A stretch of DNA of 32,000 bases from Psychrobacter sp. HD31 (lineage in GTDB: Bacteria; Pseudomonadota; Gammaproteobacteria; Pseudomonadales; Moraxellaceae), in contig NZ_CP142525.1 of NCBI RefSeq assembly GCF_051097895.1, positions 1,050,001-1,082,000 of the forward strand, written 5' to 3'. Positions 31,599 through 32,000 of the stretch are shown here, one piece after another (the first letter of the stretch is position 1; every line of letters starts with the position of its first letter). Position numbers and translations under genes: made by a program. Below the pieces are notes generated by a model that saw only the letters and a list, made by a program, of their open reading frames with translations, did no database searches and was not told where the DNA came from.

Positions 31599-32000
31599 GG
31601 GGAGTGTTACTCCTTAGTATTTAAATGAATTTAAAGCAGATAAACCAAATTAAATATCATCATTGTCTGCTTATCAGTTTAATCTTAAATGGCTATCATA
31701 AATTGCTTTTTAAGATTGAAACAACCACCCAAAATCCAATAGCTACCCGCCTAAAGACGGGCATTATTAAATAAGATTTTTGGCAATCACTCCATTAAAC
31801 CACCAAGGCATTGATTCCTTACAAAGAGATACGTAACACACGGAAAAACCGCACAATGCCGGTTACATATCTTTACTTAGAGCGCAAATATAAAGCAAAA
31901 GTCGTTTTTTATCAAGTGACTGACAAGTAAAACAGGTTTACAGGAAGTTACTTTAACGCTTTGTTTTATAAAAAACCTTGTAAAAATTAATGTGTATTAA

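Noticed and set aside
31822-31873. I tried to use the 13-bp imperfect helix (31824-31836 with 31861-31873) as strand evidence for the right-edge RNA element.
   Set aside because: On careful pairing it has one wobble and one mismatch on either strand, so it is strand-neutral. Only the 31744-31761 and 31837-31853 helices favour the minus strand.

Overview
This is an AT-rich gammaproteobacterial chromosomal window. Gene content and the pyrG-kdsA-eno-ftsB-ispD order suggest Moraxellaceae, but that is inference I cannot verify here. Almost all of it is core housekeeping. From left to right: a minus-strand cytochrome bo3 quinol oxidase operon (cyoABCDE) extended by SCO1 and PCuAC copper-chaperone genes; an orphan lipoprotein; argG; pyrC; a frameshifted SAM-dependent methyltransferase behind a Fur-box palindrome; rnt; tRNA-Glu; ispD; ftsB; eno; kdsA; pyrG; a general porin; glcB; miaE; ppk; tRNA-Ser; a divergent GAPDH-family gene; a PIF1-like helicase with a C-terminal HTH; a LysM+SPOR protein; folC; and a small RlpA-like protein. 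I found no CRISPR array, transposase, integrase, prophage or recognisable defence island, and no unexplained ORF of 60 aa or more. The 'novel system' prompt is therefore not supported by anything large here. The most noteworthy items are small-scale: (1) a methyltransferase split at an A9 tract that forms the dnaX-type A_AAA_AAG slippery heptamer; (2) a 37-bp perfect palindrome with a perfect 7-1-7 Fur box just upstream of it; (3) copper chaperones fused to the operon of a CuA-less quinol oxidase; (4) a perfect hairpin in an unusual 150-bp gap inside the cyo operon; (5) a long AT-rich region with phased A/T tracts upstream of the porin; (6) a structured non-coding leader at the right edge. All protein calls rest on my recognition of conserved motifs and remembered E. 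coli homologues. No database search was run.
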